A stretch of DNA of 64,000 bases from Podarcis tiliguerta (lineage: Eukaryota): NCBI GenBank assembly GCA_965153285.1, contig OZ229112.1; one strand, given 5' to 3'. A program made the translations under genes and the position numbers. Shown here one piece after another: positions 63,325 through 64,000 of this stretch (positions are counted from its first letter, which is position 1; every line of letters begins with the position of its first letter). A model generated the notes under the pieces. That model was given only the letters and a program-made list of their open reading frames with translations, ran no database searches and had not been told where the DNA came from.

Positions 63325-63415
63325 CTGTTGGCAAAAAGAAGAGAGAGTTTTGTGGCACCTTAAAGACTATGAAATTTATTGTGGCGTAAGATTTTGTGGA
63401 CAACATCAGATGCAT
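63325..63415 (-). mobile_element. Penelope-like element pseudo-LTR remnant
   Basis: ttgtggcaccttaaagacta...atttatt...taag.tt.tgtgg...catcagatgcat matches the recalled sauropsid Penelope terminal repeat. Confidence 0.6.
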
Positions 63416-63849
63416 AAAATGCTGTCCTCTGCTGCAGGCACATTTATTTATTTATCTAAAATATTTATACACCGGCTTTCCTTTAAATTCAGAAGGCTTT
63501 GATCACAAAAGAAATGACAGCAAAAATACAAAATAAAATATCTGCCAAGAAGTCTGGGCAAAGTAGCGAATACAGTCAACTGTGACCAAAGGCCAGCAAA
63601 ACCCTAAGAAATACAGGCACGGTTGGCGGAAGAAAGAGTTGTAAACAGTGAGGTCGGAAGGAAATAAAACATAGAAAATTACAGACGGTGATAATTATGT
63701 TTTTAACATTGTCGATTTACAAAAAAGAAAGAGAAAAAGACAGAGGTGCTGACATGCAGCTGTGCCAATCCGGTCCGCAAGGGACAGCGCTGAACCCCTT
63801 CGGCGTCTCCAGCTCCAGCGGCTTCGAGGCAGCAGCCTGTGGGCAAAGA

Positions 63850-63863
63850 GCGCCACCTGCCGT
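63850..63863 (-). promoter_or_regulatory. CTCF motif in a small CpG-rich patch
   Basis: ACGGCAGGTGGCGC matches 13 of 14 positions of CCRSYAGRKGGCRS. CpG-dense surroundings at 63760-63890. Confidence 0.6.
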
Positions 63864-64000
63864 CGCGAAGGAGAATGGCCCGAACCCATAAACACCCAGC
63901 AGAAACTCTGTTCCGCACATCAAATGAGAAGTATTAAAAGACCACAATCCCCTTTTGTTTTGTTTTTTTGCTAAATGGTTGAACGGTTGAGGGGAGCAAG

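Noticed and set aside
49900-64000. Naming the host gene (QKI, septins, FNBP1, KLC1, EIF4E2 and others considered)
   Set aside because: None of the C-terminal isoform sequences I recall match these translations, so no gene symbol is given.
1-64000. CRISPR array, rRNA, snoRNA, miRNA or prokaryote-type system
   Set aside because: No regularly spaced repeats or recognisable RNA-gene sequence. The long hairpins are MITEs and the DNA is vertebrate. An Infernal/Rfam scan is needed to exclude small RNAs formally.

Overview
This is eukaryotic, vertebrate non-coding DNA, very probably from a lacertid lizard, because it carries Sauria/POM-type SINEs, squamate BovB, CR1, L2 and CORE-type SINEs. I found no recognisable intact protein-coding gene, rRNA, tRNA gene or CRISPR array. 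The only clearly protein-derived ORFs are 3' fragments of LINE ORF2 (CR1, BovB). The window is a mosaic of transposon remnants, many nested and several with clean target-site duplications (TSDs): hAT, pogo/Tigger, Tc2-like and Harbinger-like MITEs, a probable non-autonomous Helitron, LTR remnants, a bipartite RTE derivative and a Penelope remnant. From about 49 to 64 kb there is a series of minus-strand exon-like units (36-nt and 18-nt cassettes, several terminal-exon-like pieces with poly(A) signals). These look like the alternatively spliced 3' end of a gene whose body lies beyond the right edge, and I could not name it. At about 48.4 kb an RFX X-box overlaps an ATG and a splice donor and may start a second small minus-strand transcript. 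All exon calls come from splice signals read by eye and need RNA-seq or conservation data. Repeat family names come from recalled consensus features, not from a database search.
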